Source of the DNA: Vicugna vicugna
Taxonomy: Eukaryota
Direction: 5' to 3'
DNA: 64,000 nt
Assembly: GCA_013265495.1 (NCBI GenBank)
Contig: MU058687.1
Location: forward strand, 124,001 to 188,000
Shown: piece after piece, positions 63,949-64,000 of the stretch
How the letters are laid out: each line of letters starts with the position of its first letter
Position numbering within the stretch: position 1 is the first letter of the stretch
Notes under the pieces: generated by a model
What the model saw: only the letters and a program-made list of their open reading frames with translations
Told to the model about the DNA's origin: nothing
Database searches by the model: none
Translations under genes and position numbers: made by a program

Positions 63949-64000
63949 TGTCTGTGTGCATGTGCATGCATGTGTGAGTGTGCATGTGTGTGTGTGTGTG
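63949..64000. repeat. (TG)n microsatellite
   Basis: Imperfect TG dinucleotide run at the end of the window. Confidence 0.9.

Overview
Mammalian genomic DNA, very probably camelid (alpaca/camel): it carries several tRNA-Ala-derived SINEs resembling vic-1 and young L1 3' ends. The window holds the distal end of the type-I acyl-CoA thioesterase cluster and the start of DNAL1, all on the + strand. ACOT4 has 3 exons (9978-12932, 415 aa, PTS1 -AKL), ACOT6 has 3 exons (28216-33089, 421 aa, PTS1 -SKM), and DNAL1 exons 1-5 run from 43497 to 60761, with the gene continuing past the window. The rest is mostly L1, L2, MIR, MaLR/ERV and DNA-transposon relics. The main signal is mosaic gene conversion between ACOT4 and ACOT6 exon 1: two 100%-identical tracts with GC3 near 100% flank a 92-bp paralog-specific island. 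Other signals are three solo LTRs (two forming a ~98% inverted pair) just upstream of ACOT6, an orphan CpG island beside a twin-primed L1 with a probable 3' transduction, an unidentified retrocopy nested in an L1, and a TSD-less L1 fragment that looks like a double-strand-break repair scar. No wholly new gene system is supported. Repeat family names come from visual recognition and should be confirmed with RepeatMasker/Dfam.
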